Shown here in pieces: positions 42,815 to 64,000 of a stretch of 64,000 bases of DNA. This DNA is from Lingula anatina (taxonomy: Eukaryota > Animalia > Brachiopoda). Every line of letters begins with the position of its first letter. Position 1 is the first letter of the stretch. Location: contig CM120643.1 in NCBI GenBank assembly GCA_051362555.1, forward strand, positions 16,558,848-16,622,847. Direction: 5' to 3'. The notes under the pieces are model-generated. The model was given only the letters and a program-made list of their open reading frames with translations. It did not search any database and was not told the origin of the DNA. A program made the translations under genes and the position numbers.

Positions 42815-43795
42815 CTTGTTACACCTGCTAATTGTCAAATATAGATGACGTTCTTCTCCATTACCACGAATCCAATATGGCTTCTTACAGACCGAAGAAC
42901 AACCCTTTTAACATAAAATCCGTCCGCCGATATTATTCAAGAATTACACGCAAATAAGTCATCTGTATTGTAAAATACGGTCAATTTCATTAATTTAATG
43001 CATTTCTACCAACTACGTATAATGATGCATTGCTATTTGTAAAATATAAAGAATAAAAGCGGATGGGTTCAAGTTCAGAAAGTAGTTCTAACAGGACGTC
43101 AGCAGGTGTCGGACAGTGCTGCCATCTTCCGACTTAAATTAGTAGTCAATAAGTTACGCTGAACACAAAACGTACAACAAAAACAAAGAGAAAAACATAA
43201 TAATAAGTAAGTAAATAAATGAACAGATAGATTAAATAGAACAATGTGAAAATATTAAAAGAAAAATAGAATTAAAGGGAAGTATTGGAAAGGCAACTTC
43301 TTTCAACTCTGTTCAAAAAAAAAAAAAAAAGAAAAAGAAAAGAAAGAAAGATTGAAAAGAAAAGAAAAAACACACAAACAAAAATGAAAGAAATAAAAAA
43401 GAAAAGAAAAAACTTTGCAGATGTACAAATTCACGAAAATATTAAATTTTGAATGCTTTTGTAACTCTGCTTGAAACTCTCACCAGTTTCAGCTAGTCAA
43501 AATTCTAATAAGAGACCATTGGTGTGATTTTTTTTTTTCAGAAATCGACCCCCTGACCCCTGCCCGCTCCTTAATCGGCCATTGCCATTATTCAACAAAT
43601 TAATCAATTTATACATAAAATAAGTTTAGGCAAGTTATTTTTACGCTTATCCGTGCATTTGTGTCAACAGTCTCATATCATTGCTGTAGAGAAGACAGCT
43701 GCAGACCTGGTGATTGTGTTTGTAGCGACAATTTTTGTTCATTCGTAAGACTCCACGCGCTGTCCGCCATATTGAATTTGGGAATCGAAGAATGC
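42815..43795. promoter_or_regulatory. bidirectional promoter region AP1G1 (-) / RBM39 (+) with non-coding first exons
   Basis: YY1-type GCCATATTG on the minus strand at 42873-42881 with a minus-strand donor AAG|gtatac at 42815/42814. CCGCCATATTG on the plus strand at 43764-43774 with donor gtgagt at 43796. A further GCCATCTT at 43121. Matching acceptors lie before each ATG (32494 and 44360). Confidence 0.6.
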
Positions 43796-44394
43796 GTGAG
43801 TATGCCAAAAGCTAAAGTTTTGTATACAGTATTGCCCTAAAATTCCAAAATACATGTGGTTTTTTAATTCGAACAATTACAACCTTGCTTATATCTAGCA
43901 TAGAAAATGAAAGAGAAATCACTTGATTTCAGCAGGCGTTTGAATTCGGCTGTTCAGTCAAGACTTCCGTGAGAATTGTTTCTACTCTCTAGATTGTGAT
44001 GGTCTTAATTTTAGCTGCATTTGTGCCATGTTGGTTAATAAACGCTGTTTCTTTAGAGGGGGTTATATCATTTCCGTGTTTTAGAGGAATTCGCTCGTTA
44101 GACGGCAAAACGTAACCAGTTTTTTCAATGAAACATTCATTTTCTTCATATTCTCTATTCAAGGACATTGAAGGGTGAATATGATTTGAAACAGGTAGAT
44201 AATTATACTGAGTTTTTTTGCAGTTGACTGTAAGTTTAAAAATCGGCATAAAATTCGTCAAATTTTTAAAGGAAAAAAGTTGAACCGAACGTTGGATTAA
44301 ATGATGAGATTTTGCCACACGTGGTACTTTTTAAATGGCATCATCCTTTCTTTGTTTCAGTTTTTAAATACTTATTGTGACGAAAATAACAGAA

Positions 44395-47300
44395 ATGGCA
44401 GATGATCTAGACGTAGAAGCACTTTTAGAAGCTCCATACAAAAAAGAGGTATGGTGTACCGGGGTTTGTGTTCAGTCTTACAGTCACTATTACTTATTGA
44501 TAGTTCCAGTTTGTTCCTTTCTTTCATTTAATTATTGTTGAAATGTTGAAATAGTCCATGCTATTTAATCAGGGGAAAATATCTTATTAAATTTTGAAGT
44601 TTTTAAAATATATATTTAATTGCATTGGTTTTTAATGTATGATAAATCGCCACACATTGTAGTGAATGTAATATAGCATTTGATATGACACCCCTAATAT
44701 ATGCATTTTGAATTTTTATCTTATTGAATAATGTGCATATACCCAAATATACATACTTAAATCATTTTGTACATCATGCCAGTATAATTATCAAGTCCAT
44801 GACCAGCAAGTCAAACTCGCTCAATTTGTTGCCCATTTGTTTCTATCATAGATTTCCATAGTACGTAACATGTACAGCTACCTACTTCAGCTGGTTCACA
44901 GCAGCCTCCTATGCCGACATGAAAGGTAGTAATTGGTATCAAGGAATAATTATAGAAACTGTATATACAAACTGCATACCTTCAGCAGGTGCTTCAGTTT
45001 TTTTTTCCTAATGTATGTGTGACAGCACATCCGCATGTTTTATTTTTGTTTTTTATTCTTATTCGTCTAATGATGGTACATGTATGTACTAGATTGACGT
45101 TTTGAATAGAACACTAAGCCTAACTCTAAGCCACAGTGATTGAGAATTTGTGTATGTCGTGCAAATAAACAAATTGTCAAGTGGAAGCTCTTGAATTTTA
45201 TTAATGAAAGTCCTGTTCTTTATGTATTTCTCATTTAAAATGAAGGAATCATTTACAACAAGCACACCCTTTTGAAAATGCAAACCAGTAAAATATAGGT
45301 AGGGCATTTAAAAAAAAATTGAAAATCATTTCACAAATTATAGTCACCCTTGCCCTTCCACTTGATGATTTATGTCACTAGTTTGAAAACGACTCTGAAA
45401 TGTACCCCTCCCTCTCGTCTCAGGTGCGTTGATGACGATGGACAGAGAAGAGCAATCCAGGAACATCTGCCAAAAGGATAGACCTATCCAAGACTTACTT
45501 TAGTGTGGGTTTTGGCTAAGCTAAAGCATTCCTGAGATATCACTAGGGGTTTCTTGTATATGAATGTGTGCGTGTAGGTTTATTATTATGTATTTATATA
45601 TATCTATGGATTGTCTGGAATTATATTTGGCTCTGAGAGTGAAAGTGGTTCGGAGTGCTTGTGTTTTCTTTTTCATCCATATTTTTTCATCCTGGTTACA
45701 TGTAGCTTTGTAAGGTAAGTTTTATTACTGAGGATCATGCAGTGTTCCAGAGAAGGAAGAAACCGGAGACCAAGCAAGCCTGTCTTCACCATTTTGTTGA
45801 CACATGTGACCTTATATGAAACACTAATATTGACTCAGTGATTTGTTATACATATGCTTGATCATTTCAAACCTACTCATAAACAATTCCTTCTTTCAGT
45901 GTATTTTTTGTTATCACTTTCTTTTTTATAAAAAAGGTTAGTTTAAACTAAAAACTTATGATTTTTTGTGCCTTCCTTTTCCCCTTGTCACTGTGTTTGC
46001 TGGATGTTTCATGGATGCTGTTTTTGGACATCGTAGGATGATGGTGGAAGATCAGAAGAATCCAGAGAAAAGGAGAGGTGAGATTTTAATATATTTTTCA
46101 TTTGAGCATTTTGTAATGAGTAATGCCTTTTGAACCTAATTTGGTTAAATTGATAGGATGAGATAAGTGTTTTTTTTAATGAAAGTAAAATTTTGCCCAT
46201 ACAAGAGTTTGAAATTTGTTTTAACATTTGCAGCAGAAAGAAGAGGAGCAGAAGTAGGGAAAGGGACAGGGATCGAAAGAGGTAAGTTTTTTATTTATCC
46301 TTGAGGACCCCATTTAGAGACATGTCCATCTTTCTGTTAAAGCTGTGAAAACTTATTCCAGTGCAAAGGTGCTCTCAATTCGATTATTGTTCATGAATGG
46401 TTTAGTGCCGTCAATTCTGTGGTCATGTTTGTTACATAATGGGGAAACAACATTTTGAATAAATTTATAGTGCAATCTTGAAATTTCACAAATGGAGCAC
46501 TTGGGACTGTTTTACTAAACAACTTGTGCAAAAATTGGTTTAAACATTTAATACTGAAATGTTTTGGCAAATTTCACTCCAGGAGATATCTGAACTATTG
46601 AGCACTTGTTACTTTCCAGGGATAAAGATAGGGACAGAGATAGAGATCGCAAACGCAGCAGAAGTCGAGACAGGAAAGATCGTGACAGAAGGCGGAGTCG
46701 GAGCAGAGACAGGGATAGAGACAGAGAAAGAAGTGACAGGCGTAAACGCAGTCGTAGTAGAGATCGTGATCGCGACAGAAGAGACCGAGACAGGGGCAAT
46801 GACAGACATCGTGAGGACAGACGTGCCCGTAGCACCTCCAGGAGCAGAGACAGGAAGAGAACACCAACACCTATTAGGTGAGAGACTTTTCACAGAAAAT
46901 AGAAAATCAGTTGAAAAATCAGCCTTGTGATGTCTGAGCAAGCTAAGAAGCCTAGACTGCCAAGTTAAAGAACTTACTACTTAAGTTGTCTACCACATTT
47001 TGAAGGTCTGAATTAATTAAATTACTTAAACTTTGATTTGTGCATCTCCAACCTTGTATTACTATTATGTTTGTTTTAAAAATTGAAGTTGATATGATTC
47101 TTGACTTTGAGAAGTCTTGTTAAATAACATTTATAAAGGAAATGGAATTGCATTGTACTAAAATTAATATTTTGAGCTGTTAAGTCAATGATGTATCTCT
47201 TGTACAATTTTGTTCTTTATTCAAGTATATCTGACCTTTTTCACTTCAATTTTCTTTTGTTTTGTAGACTTATGACCAGAGAAAGTCATGAAAATGGTGT

Positions 47301-50300
47301 TCTACGTTTGACAAGGTGAGTTTTAGGAAAGTTCTATTTATTTATTCATTGAACTTGTTTGATGTACTTTTTCAGTATAAGATTACTTCAGCTTAAATTT
47401 TTTCTGGTGTTTCATTGTTGTATGCAAAAATAATGTAATGCAAATAAAAACACAATTGCAAAAAAAAAAAATTAAAAAAAAGAAAGAAGGCAAATTTCTT
47501 AGCCTCAAAGTGTGTGTCCAACTGAAACAAGATCTTATATATATTTGCAGAGGTGCTGATGAGGATCTGACCCCAGAAGAAAGAGATGCACGCACAGTGT
47601 TTTGTATGCAGTTGGCAGCCAGGATTAGGCCCAGAGATCTAGAAGAGTTCTTTTCCTCAGTTGGGAAGGTAAATATATTGTTCTGTGTTAGAGAAAATGA
47701 GTAGAACTAAATCAGTGTGCTGTAAATCCACCAGCCATTTTTCCTAGTTGAGATGTTTTCACTTTATATTTCAACAGTTTTCTTTTGTGTCATTGGTATA
47801 TTGAGGAAGATAGTCAACTCTGTTGGTGTAAATGCAATATCAAAAATTCTAGGATTAAGTAGGATTGATAAAGAATGTGGCAATATAAGAAAAGATTTGG
47901 AAGTAAGTATAAAATTAAAGGGTTAGAGCTCAAACAAATGCATTTGCTTTGTGCAGGTACGAGATGTGCGTATCATCACAGACAACAAAACACGGAGATC
48001 CAAGGGCATTGCCTACGTGGAATTCTACGAGTCTGACTCTGTACCTCTAGCCATTGGTCTAAGTGGCCAGCGGTTGTTGGGCGTACCAATCATAGTCCAG
48101 GCCTCTCAGGCAGAGAAAAACCGCGTGGGCCAGACAGGGACAGCTCTCCAGGGGAAGAGTGCCGCAGGACCCATGAGGCTCTATGTGGGCTCCCTTCATT
48201 TCAACATCACGGAGGACATGTTGAGAGGAATCTTTGACCCATTTGGAAAGGTAGGAAGGGAGAAGATCAAAGGAATGGTGTCATTAACTTGAGTAATGGT
48301 AAATTTTGTAAGGATTACTTTGTATATTTGTGGAGCAAATTTTGTTTGGGGTTAGTAATTTGTGTTTTCTGGGGGAAAGTTTTGTCACTGATGTGTTTAG
48401 AAATGGAACCATCTAATTTGGGCTGTTGCCAAATTTTGAATTGAGGTAAATGGAATTATTTGAATAAGGTTGGATCTGTTGCTTTAAATAATGTTAGAAA
48501 TAGTTTGTTTAATTGTCAACTTTCAGATTTATTAGATACTTGTTTGTGTGACTCCAGTTTCTTGTATGCCTATTATGTTTGTTATGTGCATCGTGTGTAT
48601 GGTTAGCTTTATGTATATGAAGCAGGCTTACCCAAGCAAGATAACATTTCCATCACTCAGAAATGATTCCTCTAGCTAGTGGATACTAATAATGTTAAAA
48701 ACTAGCAGACCTGCAATAGTTTAGATATTATAAAAGTTTGATATTTGAAAAGATTTTGATTATTTTCCTCTATAGGCAAACTTGTGGTAGGCCTGCTGCT
48801 AATCAAAATGTTTGATTTTTTAAAATGATTTATGTTATGAAAATGGTATTTGTGACAGACATACAGCAAACTGACCTATTGTTACTGGAAAATTCACCTC
48901 TTTTTGTTAAAATTATAATTGGATACTTAGTATGATGATTGAATGTAAACATATCAGAATTGAATAATGTTTATATATCATACAAAAAAACAGAAGTTCA
49001 GTTTGCTCTCTATGTGTAACATGCTTTATGTTACAAATTATTGTGTGAAATGGATATTGGGTGAAATTACACAAATGTCAAAATTGTTTACAATTTGGAA
49101 GTGGGTTAGATATATTGAACATGTTTTTTACTATTTGAACTGTATCACCATCTTGATCAAGATTTCAGAAGAGGCTGCATTTGTAAAATTCAAAAAAGGA
49201 AGCTGCAACATGAGTGGGATTTCTCCAAAACGGGCACCTCATGAAAAGCAATTGTGTGAGGTGCCCGGCTTGCTAACCATGAACTGGTCTTCTCCGTCTT
49301 TCAGATGGACCACTTAAATCTAGTGATGGATACTGAGACTGGAAGATCTAAAGGTTTTGGATTTGTGACAGTAAGTACTTACTCACTAGTCTCATCCCCC
49401 CACAACCATGATAGTCTTTGCCTCCTTTCTGATGGGCAGCCTTTTTGTTGTTTCATGTGCTTGCAGGTGGACGATATCAAGTTGATTAAGGATCCCCAGA
49501 CAGGAAGATCCCAGGGATACGGGTTTGCTACAGTAAGTATATGTGACCTTGACCTGACCTGACCTGACCTTGGTTGATGATTTGACCTTGTTGACCTGCA
49601 GCCTGTATGAAAAGTTGGAAGACGTGGCCCACAGATGGACATATTGGAGCACTGTTGTTTGTATATGGATGTCAGGAATTGCATTTAAGCTGTAGAATTA
49701 TCATATCATTAAGATGTTATGTTTTGGGGAAAAAAAATTTACAGAAGAAAGCTTAATGTTCGCATATTATTTGAAGTCTTTAAAATCAGCATTTTATTAT
49801 GTAACATGCTAATGTATGTATTGCATGGAAATGTGTATATTTGTTTACCAGATGTATTTTTAGTTTATGATGCAGAGATTTCTTTAAAAATGGGTATGAA
49901 TAAAAAGAAAAACACTACTTTTACAGGGATGCTTACCAGCATGGAATTAGAATTGAGAAACAAGCCTTTTATGATATCACTGTACAAATACTAATGCAAT
50001 AATATCGATCTGTAATTGCAGTGGGCTTCTAGTGTTAGCAAGTGGGTCAGAAAAGGGGGTTCATTTCAGAGTCTTCTTTTCAGTTCCACAATGCAGAGGA
50101 TGCACTGAAAGCCCTCCAGCAGTTGAACGGCTTCGAGCTTGCAGGGCGTCCTATGAAGGTTGGTCATGTAACTGAGCGTACAGGCGAGCCAGGCACAGGT
50201 GGTGCTCTGGACAGTGACGAGATGGACAGGGCAGGGATTGACCTCGGTGCCACAGGGAGGCTACAGTTGATGGCAAAACTGGCAGAAGGTGGGTCATGTT

Positions 50301-52053
50301 TGTTTTTATCTTGTCACAGTGTTCTTGGGCTTAGTGAACCCCAAAAGAGAAGAAAAATGAGGATTAGGAAATGGAAAGCTTGGGCTTGTACTTTGATAGT
50401 ATTATGTGTAAATCTTGGTTGAAGTTGAAAGGAGTTAGATACACTCAATTTCTTCTTAATCTGTTTGTCAGTTAATGATTATCATGTCTGATGTTGTCCG
50501 TCAACTGCAGGTCTTAAATCTGCCAGCCTTTGTGAACTTTTCTGAAACTAGAGACTAGGCAGTTTCACAAGGACCATTAGTTAACATCTAGATCAGACAG
50601 GCATTCAAGAGAGCATTTTTTGGGGTTAATTAACTGTAATAGCCAAAAACACTTGTTTCAGCATGTGTTAACATTTGCCATGTTTACCATTCCAGGTACA
50701 GGTTTCCAGATCCCCCAGTTTGCTGCCAATGCTTTGAACCTGACCCAGGCACAGTCAGCCCAGCAGGCCGCCCCACCCATAGCCACACAGTGCTTTATGT
50801 TGTCTAACATGTTTGACCCTATCACGTAAGTACTTATATATCTGCCCCACTTAAATACAGCAAAAAAGCTATCCGAAAAATCCGTTCAGATATCATTTTT
50901 TGGCTAATATTAAACATTGTCTTTTGGTAATTCTCTCCGTTATACTACTTGAAACTCCATGCTGGCATTTGACGGGTTTTGTGGAAAAAAATTAACTTCA
51001 TATGCATATGAGAGTAGTATTATTCTTGGGCATTTGTTACTAAAGCTTTGGTGAACTGGTAAATACAAAATTCTTAAACATCTTGCTAATTATCACAAAA
51101 ATCACAACAAGAGACAAGTGATTTGAGTCCCTGCCAGTATTTTAGATGTTTGAAAGATAGCATTTAGTTATTTTTTTCTCGAACTTTCTATTGGATGGAA
51201 CATATTTTTCCCCAAGTAGGTTGACCCAATTGGAAAAAAAAAAAAAAAAACAGAAAGCGATAGATATGTTATTTAGTCTTTGAAAAATTAAATGTATTGG
51301 TACCTGATTGAACTTTCTATACAATCCCTGAATTTATTCACAGAGAGACCAACCCGAGCTGGGATCAGGAGATCAAGGATGATGTGATAGAGGAGTGTAA
51401 TAAGCATGGTGGGGTGATCCATATCTATGTGGACAAGGCCTCTCCTCAGGGGAATGTGTATGTCAAGTGCCCCAGTATAGCGGCTGCAGTGGCCTCGGTC
51501 AATGCTCTTCATGGGAGGTGGTTTGCAGGTATGTACAGGGAATTGGGGGATCTTTAAAGCGGGTTTCGGCTTCTTGCAGCTGAAATACTGGATATAATAG
51601 TTTCAATTAAAAGAATAGGACAAAATCCAGTTTTCTGAAAATTCTCTCTCTAACATTAACTGAGTTATGTCTGTGACGTTTTTGTCGTGCTTGATTGGGC
51701 AAAATTCAGACAAGACTGCAGACTTCAAAGTAAGTTTTATACAGGACGTAAAGAAATTTTGTATAATCTCATGATACATACACTACAATATTTTTAGAGG
51801 TTATGTGATAAGTTATTTATACAAATTGTTTGCAGTTAAGATGGAGTTTTACATAGAATATTTACCAATAACTGTCTTGTCTATCTTTGCAGGTAAAATG
51901 ATAACGGCTGCCTATGTCCCGCTACCAAACTACCACTCACTGTTCCCAGACTCACAACGCACCATGCAGCTTCTTATGGGATCCTCTTCAGGCAGCGGGA
52001 ACCAGTTTGCTCCAGTAGGAATGGGAATGAATCCTTTAGGATCACTGTCATAG
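44395..52053 (+). CDS. RBM39: RNA-binding protein 39 / Caper (RS domain, RRM1, RRM2, UHM), about 535 aa. Exons 44395-44448, 46037-46077, 46234-46281, 46620-46877, 47268-47315, 47551-47668, 47957-48250, [49305-49370 OR 49467-49532], 50084-50288, 50696-50825, 51344-51528, 51893-52053
   Basis: MADDLDVEALLEAPYKK; RS/RD repeats; LTPEERDARTVFCMQLAARIRPRDLEEFFSSVGKVRDVR; GPMRLYVGSLHFNITEDMLRGIF; LNGFELAGRPMKVGHVTER; GRLQLMAKLAEG; ATQCFMLSNMFDP; UHM LHGRWFAGKMITAAYVP. Exons sum to 1608 nt. AATAAA at 53069. Confidence 0.97.
45424..45714 (+). other. RBM39: candidate RBM39 poison (premature-stop) cassette exon
   Basis: Strong acceptor cccctccctctcgtctcag(45423), then in-frame GTG CGT TGA TGA. Consensus donor AAG|gtaagt at 45714/45715. 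The exon extent is uncertain. Confidence 0.55.
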
Positions 52054-53487
52054 CATTCCTGCATGCTGTTGTGGACTTGTTTGAAAAAGAAGAGGGTGTT
52101 AAGATGTACAGTGATATGGAAGAGGATTGTACATAAGCAGTTGTAGCAACTGAACTAGTTGTAGCACTGTCTAAACACAGAGACTGTTCCTGATGGAATT
52201 AATAGGCTTCTCTAAAACAAATGTTGAATGAGGAGAAATGAGTTGTTGAATGATTAAATCTCAATATATAAAATCTGCAGTTTTTTTGAGCAATGATGCT
52301 ATCATTATCGTGGACACAATGAACTGAGTTCTAAATACTCTGGGGAACTTCATTTAAAAGAGACATGGAGAATATTTATGAACTTGTCAGAGTTGGGTAG
52401 AAAAAATCTTCCAAGTTCTATAAAAATCTTGCATTGGATATATGTGAAATATGTTTTTGAACAGCCAGTGAGGTTTACGTTTACTATTTACCTGTCTAAA
52501 TTTAGCTGTTAAACAGAAGAGTAAAGGAAACCAATCAGACCCGTTGCGTTATTGATAGGGACTCATTTTACTTTGTTGTATTTTAAGGATTTCACCTGCA
52601 GGGGACAAAAAAAGTTTTTTTTTCCTATTGATTAAGACCCTGACACCGCTTTATGAGTGGAAACCAAAATTTGTACGAGGTCAACCACCAGGGTTCAGTA
52701 TTTGAAGCTGATAATTTCACTGAAGTATAAGAAAATGTGAGTAGATCTAGAGATTATGACCAGCCCAACCACACGTTGGGTTGTATTTAATACAGGAATT
52801 GTCATGTTGGCCTTCTTGTATTTGACTTTTAGTGAATAGTGCAACTTTTTTGTCTTGGTTAGTGATATTTCAAGTTATTCAGTGCTATAAATCATTATCA
52901 TTTTGATTTGTTTTATGTTTGATTTGATATGATCAGTGAAGTTTTAACCTAAAAGCAAGATTTATGTTTTAGATTTGTTTCCAGTTCAAAGGTGTGTTTT
53001 AATGAAAAGAACAGTATGACGGCTTTACTGACCAAGTTCTGTTCGAGATGTTTATTACAATTAAGAGAAATAAAGAGGATTATTCAAGATAACATTGTGT
53101 TATTATAGTTTCTGTATCTATATATTGATATTCAGTACCTTGAGTACCTCAACAAAAAATGAGGAAAAAAGCTCTCTTAGTTGTATAAAAGTTGATGTTA
53201 GCACCAATGCATTATGCAGTATTTTAAGTTCTTGTACTTATTAGCACTTTCTGTTGTCCAAAACTTGAAAGAAACTCATTTTTGTCAATATTGTCATTTT
53301 GATTGAGAAAAAATTTTCTTGGCATGGTTTCACCTGGTTTGGGGGTTGAAAAAGAAGGCCGATCGATAATATTCCAGATCACATTATCAAGGAAATGGTA
53401 CAATGTACCTTTTATAGTGAGTGCACGGTAAAACTGATTATCCTGACAGGAAAAATGGTGCACAAGAGAGACTTTCCGTTGCGGAAC

Positions 53488-53556
53488 CACGTGCGTTTGT
53501 TTACCCTAGTGCATTGTGGGAAAGTGTGACGTCAAGTGTGTTGGAATCCAAGATGG
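53488..53556 (+). promoter_or_regulatory. putative ANKS6 promoter
   Basis: CACGTG 53488, TGACGTCA 53527 and CAAGATGG (YY1-like) 53549 in a CpG-richer patch about 420 bp after the RBM39 polyA signal. Confidence 0.45.
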
Positions 53557-54196
53557 AGTCTCGGGGATATGTTCGCAGACGAGGACAATCAAACAATGGA
53601 AACTCGTGAACAATGGAGCGAAATACAACATGGTCACGGAAGTATATCTGTTATGTAATAATTTCCAATGCGGACTGAACTTGCACTAAATATATTGGCT
53701 TATGGATAGGAAAATTTGAGTCGCGTTGGTAGTTTGTTGACTTAATCTTCATCATGACTTCCAAGGAAGTTGAGTAAAGTTTTATCCGGTGAAGTGGCTT
53801 ATTTCAAATGTGACATAAAACTACAGATCCATGTGACGGAAATATTATTTGACTCAGATTCCCCTAAACCTGGGAGCCTGCTGGAAAAACTACGGCAGAT
53901 CATTAATTAGCAGTTTACCAGCTAATTACCTACACCTGCTCTAGCTGGGTTAGTTTAGGTAAAATTGTCAACGCAAGACCCGCGACTTGATTTGATTGAA
54001 AAGAAAATCATTTTTCGCAAAAAAAGAACAAAAAATGGATCAGATTCCTGAAAAGTTTGCTATGAGCAAGGCGACTAATTGCCGTAGAAGCACATACATT
54101 ATTGATTTTCAATTCTGTATAATTTTTGTAACATACTAGTTAACGGCGTCAAATTTGCCCCAGTCTTCTATAGAAACCTTACATCCACCAGCAAAA

Positions 54197-63679
<9,483 letters not shown>

Positions 63680-64000
63680 GTTAGTGAGCTTGACAGGCTG
63701 AGTCAGAATGCTGATGAAAAATATTGATGAAATTACCATGAATTGGCTACTTGTTGCTTTTAGGATTTTGTATGTGATTCCCTATAATCTGTATGATGTT
63801 ATCTTGACTAACTGGTAAAAATTTTTAGAATTCTTTGATATTTTTTATGTGGACAAATCCAATAAAGAAACGTTAGCTAAGTAACAGATCAAATTATAGC
63901 ACGTCAAGATTTCATGTATATCAAGTCTTTTCGAAATAATTGGATAGAAAATTTGTGTAGGCTAAGGTTTCATGATGTTGCCTTGAAGAAGTCCTCATTT

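Noticed and set aside
46548-46941. Several overlapping ORFs on both strands (Ser/Arg/Leu-, Cys- and Glu/Thr-rich)
   Set aside because: Shadow frames of the low-complexity RS/RD exon of RBM39.

Overview
AT-rich, intron-rich animal genomic DNA (an invertebrate, probably a lophotrochozoan; this is inferred from gene structure and repeat content). Most of the supplied ORF track is exon fragments or noise, so I rebuilt the gene models by hand from GT-AG sites and intron phase. Left to right: (1) a RING/B-box/coiled-coil/filamin TRIM gene (+, 1239-2749); (2) an unrecognised 8-exon secreted precursor gene (+, 5370-7894) ending in KR plus a 51-aa Gly-rich, cationic, Cys-free peptide with a beta-signal-like C-terminus (...GVGARIGFTWKF), a candidate attacin/diptericin-like antimicrobial peptide that the ORF track misses; (3) SDR39U1 (+, 9096-11611); (4) AP1G1 (-, 32484-14644, 20 coding exons) with candidate microexons and a 4.15-kb decayed hAT element in one intron; (5) RBM39/Caper (+, 44395-52053), head-to-head with AP1G1, with tandem-duplicated 66-nt RRM2 exons (probably mutually exclusive) and a candidate poison exon; (6) ANKS6 (+, from 54197, truncated at the window end) with a candidate 21-nt microexon. 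Several DNA-transposon/MITE insertions have readable terminal inverted repeats (TIRs) and target-site duplications (TSDs) of 2, 3, 5, 6 and 8 bp. No rRNA, tRNA or CRISPR was recognised. All models are manual and untested against RNA data or databases.
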